Source: a virus (taxonomy: Duplodnaviria > Caudoviricetes). From it: DNA of 26,742 nucleotides. Of the stretch, positions 1-7,379 are shown one piece after another; position 1 is the first letter of the stretch; the number at the start of each line of letters is the position of its first letter. Below the pieces are notes generated by a model. That model searched no databases. It was not told the DNA's origin and worked only from the letters and a program-made list of their open reading frames with translations. The translations under genes were made by a program, and so were the position numbers. The stretch is taken from the IMG/VR virus record IMGVR_UViG_3300014160_000015, positions 1-26,742 of that record; one strand, given 5' to 3'.

Positions 1-1371
1 GAGGTTGACCATCGTGCCGCCGTTGGCGATGCTGTACTGCATCGAAACCCGCATGGCGATGTCGTTGTAGACACCGACGTGCGCCAACACGCCCATCGCG
101 TTGTTGGGAATGGCCAAGGGGCGGGTGACGAGGGCCAGGGCGTTCCGGTGGAAAGCCATGTTCATCGCGCCAGCCGGGCCGGGGAAGGCCAGGTCGGCGT
201 TGTTGATGGCGTTCACCAGCGGACGGTCGAGGATGATGGTCTGCTGGTTGGTGCCGCTCGAATAGGACTCGATCACGGTGTAGTTCACGCGGCCCCCACC
301 GGTGCCGAATGCAACCAACTGGCCAATCGACGGAGCGACCCAGCCGGGGTCCGTGCCGTTGGGTCCGACCACGACGCCGGAGCCCCAGCCAGCCGCGTAA
401 GCGCCGATCGCGCTGCACGCCTTGTAGACGGACAGCGTGGCACCGGCGGCGGTGGCGTACTTGTTGGCCTCGTTCAGGGTCACGGCCGTGGTCGCGCCAG
501 CGGCGCTGGTGGCGGCGGTGATGAACGTGGGCTGGTCGTTGCCAGCGACGGTGGCGAACTCGCCGACGTTGGCGGCATAGGCCAGGGCGACGGCCTGCGA
601 GGCAGCCGCACCACCCGAAGCCAGGGCGTCGGTCACGGTGCCAGCCACGACTTCGCAGTTGGCCAGCGTGGCGCTGTTGACGTTCTGGTCCATGTAGGTG
701 TCGAAGCCGAGGATACGGCCGAGAGTCGCGCTCTCCAACGCCGTGCCGAAGTCACCGCGCTGCTGAGCCGCGATGAAGAGTTCGTTCTTCAACAGGGCGG
801 TCTCGCTGACCGGGGCCAACACGAGGTTGCGGCCTTCCAGCGGAGCCTTGTTGACGTTGAGCTTCTCGCGGGCTTCCAGCACGTAATCCTTGCTGTTAGC
901 GGCACCGAGGTTGGCCAAGCGGCCGACGCGCCCGGTGGGGCCGGCGAGGAAACCGTGAACGCGACCGAGAACGGCGCGGTCCACCGAACGGGCAATCGTC
1001 ATCATGCCCGGACGGAGGTAGATGTCCACCAGGTCTTGGAAGGACTTGCTGGCCTCCCCGTCCTTGATGGTGAAGTTGGTGTAGAACCACTGGTCCAACG
1101 GCACCTGCACGTTGGTCGCCGAGGCGTCCTGGCTGGACAGGACATCGCCGTCCTGCTTACGCCGAATCTGGAAGGTGCCGGGCCGGCGGGTGTTCACCAC
1201 GTCGCCGAATTGGCGGATTTCGTTCTCGAAATCGCGGTGGACGAGGTTGGCGATGACCATGTTCTCTTGGAGGATGGCCAAGCCCTCGTTCGCCCACAGT
1301 TCGGGAATGAAAGCGCTGTTGTCGTTGTCGAAGCAAGCGATGCGGGCGCGGGTCACATAGAGAAGATTCAT
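1..1371 (-). CDS. Major capsid protein, P22 gp5/coat-like (HK97 fold); 3' end runs off the window
   Basis: Not in the ORF track. Manual translation from ATG 1371 (GGAG SD ~9 nt upstream) is open to position 1: MNLLYVTRARIACFDNDNSAFIPELWANEGLAILQENMVIANLVHRDFENEIRQFGDVVNTRRPG...LGRILGFDTYMDQNV...MNMAFHRNALALVTRPL...IAMRVSMQYSIANGGTMVNL. IPELWA, GDxVxxRxP, GRxxGFDxxxxQN and NxAFHRxAxxLVxRPL are P22-coat-family motifs. Lies directly downstream of the scaffold. Confidence 0.92.
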   Translation of the reverse strand, partial: MNLLYVTRARIACFDNDNSAFIPELWANEGLAILQENMVIANLVHRDFENEIRQFGDVVNTRRPGTFQIRRKQDGDVLSSQDASATNVQVPLDQWFYTNFTIKDGEASKSFQDLVDIYLRPGMMTIARSVDRAVLGRVHGFLAGPTGRVGRLANLGAANSKDYVLEAREKLNVNKAPLEGRNLVLAPVSETALLKNELFIAAQQRGDFGTALESATLGRILGFDTYMDQNVNSATLANCEVVAGTVTDALASGGAAASQAVALAYAANVGEFATVAGNDQPTFITAATSAAGATTAVTLNEANKYATAAGATLSVYKACSAIGAYAAGWGSGVVVGPNGTDPGWVAPSIGQLVAFGTGGGRVNYTVIESYSSGTNQQTIILDRPLVNAINNADLAFPGPAGAMNMAFHRNALALVTRPLAIPNNAMGVLAHVGVYNDIAMRVSMQYSIANGGTMVNL

Positions 1372-1399
1372 CTTTTCAAACTCCATACGTTGTTCTTCA

Positions 1400-1489
1400 C
1401 TCAAGAAATGCCGAGGGCCGCCTACATTGGCGGCCCATTGACACGGCGATCTCTCAAGAAATGCGAAGGCCGTCTGAAGCGACGGCCTT
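1400..1489 (-). repeat. Tandem pair of hairpin + GCATTTCTTGAG units in the capsid 5' leader
   Basis: Exact 12-mer ctcaagaaatgc (+) at 1400-1411 and 1453-1464. Each is next to a perfect stem with a 6-nt loop: gggccgcc/ggcggccc (1415-1436) and aaggccgtc/gacggcctt (1466-1489). Confidence 0.85.
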
Positions 1490-1527
1490 ACTGGACGGAA
1501 TGACAAACAACCCCTGACGTTGGCCGC

Positions 1528-2406
1528 TTAGACATTGCGGCGCTTGTCGCGGCGAAGACCGAGCAATTCAGGGTTCTTGGCTCGGACCTCGGCATACTGC
1601 TGAGGAGTCAGTTTCCTGACATCCAACTTGCCACTCTGACCCGACGCGAGGCCGCCGGTTGCCGACGAAGACCCGATGCCGGACACGACACCGCTCTTGA
1701 AGAGGTTCCCGTAAATGGCGGGCAACTCCTTCATGCGCTTGACGGCGGATTCGGGCGTGTGAAGGGTGACAATCGCTTCCCCGGTCGTGGGATCGGTGTC
1801 CGGGAAATCGACGACAACCTTGAACTTGCCTGTCCCCTTGCCGGTCTTCTCGTCGGTGGACTCGCTGAGCCGAGTCATCTGACGCAAGATCGTCATAACC
1901 TGGGACGGCTGGAAAGCATCGCCGGTGACGGCCGCATCCTGCAAGGACCGCTCGACCATGCTCTCACGAAAACGGTTCTCCCATTGCACGCGGCCCTTCT
2001 TCTCCTCCTCCAACTTCGTGGCGTGCATCTCCTCCATCTGCTTCCGCTCGTGGGCCTGTTGCTGTTCCTTGGTCCGCGTCTCCTTCTGCATGTCTTCCAA
2101 ACGCTGGGCCAGTTGCTCGCGCTCCTGGGTGGTCAGGTTCTTGCTGGCCAAGGTCTCTTCCAAGGTCTGCTGAATCTTGGCGACCTGGGCCTGGTGCTTG
2201 CGGCGGTCTTCGGCCAGGATTTTGTTCAAATCCTCTTGGCTGAAGCGGGCGTCGGTGGCCGAGGCGGCAGCGGCAGCGGCGGCGGCCTTGGCGTCGGCCT
2301 GGGCCTGAGCCTGGGCGGCAGCGGCGGCAGCAACAGCGGCAGCGGCGGCGGCGTCGGCGTCACCATCGAAACAGACCAAACGAGCGCGGTTTACGAACTT
2401 CTGCAT
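1528..2406 (-). CDS. Capsid scaffolding protein
   Basis: 292 aa. Ala-rich N-terminus, FSQEDLNKILAEDRRK (the common phage scaffold F[ST]Q[ED][ED][VL]N motif), long charged coiled coil, C-terminal KLTPQQYAEVR. Directly upstream of the capsid gene. Confidence 0.8.
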   Translation of the reverse strand: MQKFVNRARLVCFDGDADAAAAAAVAAAAAAQAQAQADAKAAAAAAAASATDARFSQEDLNKILAEDRRKHQAQVAKIQQTLEETLASKNLTTQEREQLAQRLEDMQKETRTKEQQQAHERKQMEEMHATKLEEEKKGRVQWENRFRESMVERSLQDAAVTGDAFQPSQVMTILRQMTRLSESTDEKTGKGTGKFKVVVDFPDTDPTTGEAIVTLHTPESAVKRMKELPAIYGNLFKSGVVSGIGSSSATGGLASGQSGKLDVRKLTPQQYAEVRAKNPELLGLRRDKRRNV

Positions 2407-2581
2407 TGCAATCTACTTTCATCCCGACCTGGTTATCTTGGCGTCTGGATTCGTCAGCCTGTCGGTTGCCGTTGAATCACGCCACTCCCGAGGTTATAGC
2501 CGACCGGGTGAGGCTCGCCGCCGAGGATTGCATCCCCGGAAAACAGCAATTGGACGGCTGCTACAGCAGCCAGGATAGTTC
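2407..2581 (-). promoter_or_regulatory. Structured 5' leader of the scaffold gene (candidate cis-regulatory RNA)
   Basis: 175-nt intergenic region with several helices on the mRNA strand: basal AUCCUGGCU/GGUCGGGAU (2568-2576 with 2421-2429), CCGGGGAU/AUCCUCGG (2521-2539), AGCCU/AGGCU plus GUCGG/CCGAC (2456-2515), and a competing local hairpin at 2556-2571. Confidence 0.45.
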
Positions 2582-3142
2582 TTAAATGCGAGACAGCTTC
2601 ACAGCGTCCCCGTCCCTCAAGAAGGGCCGGATCAGGTTCCAGGCAATGGGGTTCGGAACCATGTTAATCAGGTGTTCAATCGGCACTTGGGAGCGTTCGT
2701 AGTGCGTTCACACTTCGCCATAGCCGTGGGCCGTGACTTGGAGATTTTCGAGTTCCATTTCCGGGTCTTTGCCGTCCAGCAGGCTGTAGGCAATCTCGTA
2801 GCAGGCGCGGCGGATGGCGTCGGGGACTACCGTGTCGCTGCCTCGTGGGAACTCCAAGGGCTGCTCCACTTCGGCCGCTCGCACCTGGGCCTCGCGCTCC
2901 CGCCACAGCCACTCGCTGATAAACACGTCGGTCGGATCGTAGTGCGGTCGCAGGGACTTTAGAAGCACCCAGACCGTGTGGCGATGGCCTTTGAAGTTCA
3001 GGTTGTCGATGATGCGCGTGGCACCGTAGAGGGCCTTGGGCTTGTCGCGGGGGTCGGCCTCTCGCCAGGCGTGCTCGTGGAGCCGCATTCCGAAATACTG
3101 CTCGGCCTCGGCCAGCGTGCCATAATAGGACAGGTCCAACAT
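2582..3142 (-). CDS. Head completion/head-tail connector-like protein (DnaT-like phage family) interrupted by an in-frame TGA at 2708-2710
   Basis: MLDLSYYGTLAEAEQYF...ALYGATRIID.L.FKG...QPLEFPR....VPDAIRRACYEIA resembles the phage DnaT-like/connector family. After the TGA the same frame continues for 41 sense codons (THYERSQVPIEHLINMVPNPIAWNLIRPFLRDGDAVKLSRI) to TAA at 2582-2584. Confidence 0.65.
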
Positions 3143-3165
3143 CGCTTTGTTCCTTAAAACAGTAG

Positions 3166-3423
3166 TCAGTACGCCGGCCAGCACCACGGCCACGACTGGC
3201 CGGGCAGGGTCGTGGGCAGATCGTCCGTGCTTAGCTGCGTGATTGTGCCGGCATCAATGATGATTGAGCCTGCTATCGTGCCCGGCGGCCCGCTCGGGCC
3301 GCTCGGCCCAGGGAAGTTGTCCGTGCTTTCCTGCGTTATCGTGCCGGAGTCAATGATCTGAACTAGCGTGCAGGAATCACCAATCTGCATCGTGTCGCTG
3401 TTCTGGCCTGTATCCGTGCTCAT
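3166..3423 (-). CDS. Small hypothetical virion-associated protein with an internal repeat
   Basis: Start ATG 3423 overlaps the glycosyltransferase stop (ATGA). 85 aa with repeats IIDSGTITQESTD and IIDAGTITQLSTD flanking a short [10 protein letters not shown] collagen segment. Confidence 0.6.
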   Translation of the reverse strand: MSTDTGQNSDTMQIGDSCTLVQIIDSGTITQESTDNFPGPSGPSGPPGTIAGSIIIDAGTITQLSTDDLPTTLPGQSWPWCWPAY

Positions 3424-4580
3424 GCGTAGCCTCTCAGCCAGTGTTCGTCGGGTGTCGGGTGGGTGGTGTACCAGCCGGCGGTCCACAGATCGTGGAGTTG
3501 CTTGAAGTAGCTCTCATAGCGCCACTTCACGTTCTCCATTGCGTAGCGGGCAATGGCTCGCTCGCGGATGTAGAACGGGTCGAGGGTGTGGGCCTTCTTG
3601 GCGGCCCACACGAATTGATCGAGGGTGCGGCAACAGTAGCCGGTCTTGCCGTGCTCCACCGTCTCGGGGAAGGCCCCGAAGTCGCTGGTGATGGCCGGGG
3701 TGCCGGCCAACTGGCTCTCGACGTTCACACCGCCGAAGGGTTCCAGGTAAAGGGTCGGCACGAAAGTGGCGATGGCGTTCTGATAAAGGTTGGCCCGTTG
3801 CTCGCCGATCGCGCAGCCGACGTACTCGATGTTGCCTTCATAGACCTCGCCGTCCGCACAGTAAAGGCGTTGTCCGCCGCCGGGGAGGTTCTCGGTCTTG
3901 AGGCAGCCTTGTCCGGCGACCTTGAGTTTCGCTCCAATGCGTTTACACGTTTCGACGGCGACTTGGATGCCCTTGCGTTTAATCAGTCGGCCGAGGTAGA
4001 GATAGTAGTCGCCCTTGCGGGCCTTGAAGCCATAGTCGGCGGGATCGAAAAAGTTGGGAATCACTACGTCGCAGTTTCGGCCGTCCGGGTCGAAGCCGCC
4101 CTCCGCGCCCCAAATCTTGTGCATGTGGGCGTAGGACTCGAAGACCCGGTACTGGGCGAAGGTGCCGTTGTAGCCGATGCCGGTCTCCACGACCAACACG
4201 TCTTTGCTGATTTGCTCGGCCAAGGCTTGCTGCACGTTGCCGAAGGCGAAACAGGCAAAGTCGCGGGGCTGCTTCCGCTGGTTGATGGCGGCGGCTGCGC
4301 GGTCGCTGGTCAGCTTCCAGTAGTCCGCCTTGCCCGACCAGTCGGCGCTATAAAGGGCGTTCCCATCGTGCTTACCGAAGAACCCTTCCTGCTCGCTGCG
4401 CGATATGATCTGGACGTGTTCGTCGCAGGCGACCTCGCTGCCCTCGGCCCCGTAGTGGAAGACCGTGTGGCCGAGGCTCTTCATCATGTGGCAGAAGTGC
4501 AGAATCTTCATCGTGAAGGCACAGGCCGTATGAATCTTGTTGGTCTGCGTGTGCGGCAAGGCGACGATGTGAAAACGCAT
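3420..4580 (-). CDS. Glycosyltransferase, GT-B fold, family 4-like
   Basis: 386 aa with LGHTVFHYG, VIPNFFD, YLYLGRLIKRKGI and EPFGGVNVESQLAGTPAITSDFGAFPETVEHGKTG (EX7E motif). GAGG SD upstream. Confidence 0.9.
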   Translation of the reverse strand: MRFHIVALPHTQTNKIHTACAFTMKILHFCHMMKSLGHTVFHYGAEGSEVACDEHVQIISRSEQEGFFGKHDGNALYSADWSGKADYWKLTSDRAAAAINQRKQPRDFACFAFGNVQQALAEQISKDVLVVETGIGYNGTFAQYRVFESYAHMHKIWGAEGGFDPDGRNCDVVIPNFFDPADYGFKARKGDYYLYLGRLIKRKGIQVAVETCKRIGAKLKVAGQGCLKTENLPGGGQRLYCADGEVYEGNIEYVGCAIGEQRANLYQNAIATFVPTLYLEPFGGVNVESQLAGTPAITSDFGAFPETVEHGKTGYCCRTLDQFVWAAKKAHTLDPFYIRERAIARYAMENVKWRYESYFKQLHDLWTAGWYTTHPTPDEHWLRGYA

Positions 4581-4606
4581 GTGAACCTCGTTGAGACAGA
4601 TGAACG

Positions 4607-5272
4607 CTAAACCGGCGTCAAGACGAACTCGACGGTGATGTCACCGCCAGCCGTTTGATTGCCCGTCTGCACCACGTCAATCGTGAGGATCGCTCCGGCA
4701 GGGATGGTAGCCATCGCCGGGTCGAACACCGTTTGCGAGCCATCAACTTGTCCATCGGGGACAGTCAGTTGGTTAGCCAAGTTGTCGGCCCAAAGGCTGG
4801 CACCGTTCACATTGATGTTGAGGATCAGATTCGATCCGACCGGTGCCGTGCGGCAGCGGGCAACACACTTTGTCGGTGTGGCCGTGACGGGTACGACCAA
4901 CTCATTGGTCTTGTTCGTGCCGATGCTCGTCAACGTGCCGCGAGCCAGTACCCAGTTGGCCACCGTCAGTCCGCCGCTGCCACTGCCCGCAGGGCCAGGA
5001 GGCCCAGACGGTCCCGTAGCTCCGGCCGGTCCCGTGGCCCCGGTCGGGCCGAAACGCCCGAGAGGGCCGATTGGCCCCTGCGGTCCCGTAGCTCCCGAGG
5101 GGCCGGTGGCCCCAATCGGGCCGGACGGCCCACTGGGGCCGGTGGCCCCCGTATCGCCCGTGTCCCCCTTGGGTCCGACTGGGCCGGTTGGCCCTGTCGG
5201 TCCACCGCCCGGTCCTATCGGGCCGGTTGGCCCCGGAGGGCCGGGCATCGGGTTATCAAGCTCGAAATTCAT
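4607..5272 (-). CDS. Collagen-like fibre protein with a C-terminal beta-sandwich head
   Basis: About 90 aa of Gly-X-Y (GPT/GPS/GAT) followed by a ~120 aa beta-rich domain ([16 protein letters not shown]...[15 protein letters not shown]...GGDITV). Confidence 0.8.
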   Translation of the reverse strand: MNFELDNPMPGPPGPTGPIGPGGGPTGPTGPVGPKGDTGDTGATGPSGPSGPIGATGPSGATGPQGPIGPLGRFGPTGATGPAGATGPSGPPGPAGSGSGGLTVANWVLARGTLTSIGTNKTNELVVPVTATPTKCVARCRTAPVGSNLILNINVNGASLWADNLANQLTVPDGQVDGSQTVFDPAMATIPAGAILTIDVVQTGNQTAGGDITVEFVLTPV

Positions 5273-5275
5273 GGC

Positions 5276-6118
5276 TTACATTCCCGGCAAGGGCGTGAAC
5301 AACTGCCAAGTGTAGGCACCGCCGTTGATCTTCAGGTAATAGCAGCCGTCGCTCGTCGGGGCGTTCGGCAGAAGGAGTTGCGGACCAGCGGGGCCAGTCG
5401 CCCCTTGGGCTCCGGCAGGGCCGCGTGCCCCGGTCGCCCCTACGGCTCCGGTCGCTCCGACAGGGCCTTGGTCGCCGACCTCGCCTTGCGGGCCTGTCGC
5501 TCCGGCAGGGCCGGTTGCCCCGGCGGGGCCGCTCGGTCCCGTGGCCCCGGTCGCGCCAGCGCCCGTGGGGCCGGTCAAACCGATGGGTCCAGTCGGGCCA
5601 GTCGCTCCGGCAACGCCGGCAGGACCACTCGGCCCGTTCGCTCCGGCAACGCCGGCAGGACCACTCGGCCCGGTCGGGCCTTCGATGCCTTGCGGCCCGG
5701 TCGGTCCACCATTGGGTCCGGTCGCGCCAACGGGGCCACTCGGTCCCGTGGGTCCGGGTGCGCCATCGGGGCCGGTCTCGCCAATGATTCCTTGCGGTCC
5801 ACTCGGTCCACTCGGTCCCGTGGGGCCGGCGATGCCTTGCGATCCGGTCGGGCCAGCCACGCCTTGCGGGCCGGTCGGACCAGGAATGCCTTGCGGGCCT
5901 GTCGGACCAGGAATGCCTTGTGCGCCGCTGGGTCCAACGTCGCCCGTGGGTCCAGCGGGACCGCTCGGGCCTTGAATGCCTTGCGCACCGGTCTGTCCGA
6001 TGCGGCCTTGAATGCCTTGGGGTCCAGTCGCGCCTACCGGTCCCGTGGGTCCACCTGACGGGCCGGCAGGACCGGAAGGTCCAACGGCCGCATCCGGGTT
6101 GTAGTAGTTGATCGACAT
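5276..6118 (-). CDS. Collagen-like fibre protein with a short C-terminal cap
   Basis: About 235 aa of Gly-X-Y repeats with a few interruptions, then the C-terminal sequence [23 protein letters not shown]. Confidence 0.82.
   Translation of the reverse strand: MSINYYNPDAAVGPSGPAGPSGGPTGPVGATGPQGIQGRIGQTGAQGIQGPSGPAGPTGDVGPSGAQGIPGPTGPQGIPGPTGPQGVAGPTGSQGIAGPTGPSGPSGPQGIIGETGPDGAPGPTGPSGPVGATGPNGGPTGPQGIEGPTGPSGPAGVAGANGPSGPAGVAGATGPTGPIGLTGPTGAGATGATGPSGPAGATGPAGATGPQGEVGDQGPVGATGAVGATGARGPAGAQGATGPAGPQLLLPNAPTSDGCYYLKINGGAYTWQLFTPLPGM
5602..5672. repeat. Perfect direct repeat (36-nt period) inside the collagen gene
   Basis: tcgctccggcaacgccggcaggaccactcggcccg at 5602-5636 and 5638-5672. A further 27-nt-period repeat, gtcggaccaggaatgccttg, is at 5874 and 5901. 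Confidence 0.85.
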
Positions 6119-6122
6119 GGTA

Positions 6123-6443
6123 TTACATCCCCATCCAAGCGAGGTCTTGATTCGGCGACTGCGAGACCGCGAAAATCACCGAGGGATCATCCACGGGCAA
6201 TTCGAGCACGCCGCCGGGAAGCAAGGGCATCCCGCCAGTCGCGGACGTGTCGGCCGTGACTTGGCTCAGGCCGATGTAAATGACATCGGTGTTGGGCGTG
6301 GGATCGTTCGGCCCTGGTGCTCGCAGCAGGAGTCCGCGCACTAGCTCAACGCTGTTAGGCGTGACGGGGGCTGCGGTGGGGCCGATTACCGTGTGGCCGT
6401 ATTTCAAGTCCCTGGCCGGGGAGGTTTCTTTGACTTCAAACAT
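6123..6443 (-). CDS. Small beta-rich structural protein (candidate head decoration/spike base); paralog of 13202-13492
   Basis: 106 aa with the pattern LLLRA...NTDVIYIG...G..L.PG...LPVDD...IF.V...Q..AW. GAGG SD upstream. Confidence 0.6.
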   Translation of the reverse strand: MFEVKETSPARDLKYGHTVIGPTAAPVTPNSVELVRGLLLRAPGPNDPTPNTDVIYIGLSQVTADTSATGGMPLLPGGVLELPVDDPSVIFAVSQSPNQDLAWMGM

Positions 6444-6499
6444 GGCTGAACCTCGCTACTTGTTTCGTTGTTTTGTTGGATCGGCCGCTTAGCTGTTGC

Positions 6500-6943
6500 T
6501 TAGCCGATAGTGCCGAAATCACTGCCGCTGTCGTCGTCACTGCCGCTGGTGTCAATTTCCACCAGGGCGGGCGACGTGGACATTTGATTGCGGATGTTGA
6601 CGTTCGGCGTGAAATAGAGTTCGTCCAGGAAGTCGCCATTGGCATCCACGGCGATCAAGTTGCCGCCGCTGATATTGCAGAGGGCTGGGGCCGTCGCCGC
6701 TCGCGCGTCGAAGCCGATCTGGGCGTTTTGCAACGTGGCCGTGATGCCGGTGTAGATGTCCGTACCCAAAGCGTCTTTGCCGGTGGCGGCCAAAAGCGAC
6801 GGGTAGATCATGTTCTGTTGTTCGGCTTCCATGCTCCGAATCGTGTCCACCAAGTCCTGAATCACCAGGTCAGTGGAAGGGGCCGACACCAGGACGATGC
6901 GGGGTGACGTGTCCCAATTAACCGTAATGTCGCCACGGATCAT
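6500..6943 (-). CDS. Hypothetical structural protein, similar to the N-terminal domain of 7380-10046
   Basis: 147 aa, overlapping the upstream gene. GDITV...QDLVDTIRSMEAEQQNMIYP aligns by eye with GDFTV...NQLYSALQELFDEPAQLVSP. Confidence 0.6.
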   Translation of the reverse strand: MIRGDITVNWDTSPRIVLVSAPSTDLVIQDLVDTIRSMEAEQQNMIYPSLLAATGKDALGTDIYTGITATLQNAQIGFDARAATAPALCNISGGNLIAVDANGDFLDELYFTPNVNIRNQMSTSPALVEIDTSGSDDDSGSDFGTIG

Positions 6944-7304
6944 GTTTTACAGCCCTCATATCAAGAACGATTACGTTCGGTTTCTTCGAGAAGTCTTCCT
7001 GAATGATCCTGGACATTTCTCGCAGACGAGCAATCGTCACATCCTCTTGGGCAATCGTCTCGCGGAAGAGGCGGACGTTCTCGTCGCACTTGGCGATGTT
7101 CGCCCGCAGAGCGGCAATGTCATAGCACTGCCGTTTGCCGGCCTTCGCCCGCCGCTCCTCCTCGCGGACCAGGTTGCCCAACTCGATTTGAGAGCCGTGT
7201 TCCTCGTCAATGGCAATAAGGAAGTTGGTCTTGTTCGACTCGGCCCGCGCGATCTTGGCGTCGATGGCCGTCACGTCACGTTCCAATTCTTCTTGAGTTA
7301 TCAT
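6918..7304 (-). CDS. Hypothetical coiled-coil protein (possible fibre chaperone)
   Basis: Preferred start MITQEELERDV at 7304, downstream of the hairpin. Heptad-like charged helix; 128 aa. Confidence 0.6.
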   Translation of the reverse strand: MITQEELERDVTAIDAKIARAESNKTNFLIAIDEEHGSQIELGNLVREEERRAKAGKRQCYDIAALRANIAKCDENVRLFRETIAQEDVTIARLREMSRIIQEDFSKKPNVIVLDMRAVKHDPWRHYG

Positions 7305-7339
7305 GGTCGCTCGCTGGATTGATCGTGATGTTGGAGACA

Positions 7340-7369
7340 GGGACGGTGCGGACAATTCCGCACCGTCCC
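7340..7369 (-). terminator. Strong hairpin after the 888-aa gene (terminator or mRNA stabiliser)
   Basis: Perfect 13-bp stem gggacggtgcgga/tccgcaccgtccc with a 4-nt loop, 10 nt after the stop. The U-tract is weak. Confidence 0.55.
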
Positions 7370-7379
7370 GCTTTCACAC

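Noticed and set aside
79-1503. 474-aa + strand ORF
   Set aside because: Antisense shadow of the capsid gene, which has clear family motifs on the - strand.
2708-2710. Alternative genetic code or selenocysteine reading of the TGA
   Set aside because: TGA serves as a normal stop in several ATGA/GTGA overlaps. Only one interrupted gene was seen, and the context is not a redox Cys/Sec motif.
5400-6090. CRISPR array or DGR template/variable repeat
   Set aside because: The repeats are in-frame Gly-X-Y coding units without unique spacers or adenine-specific mismatches. No cas or reverse transcriptase gene is in the window.
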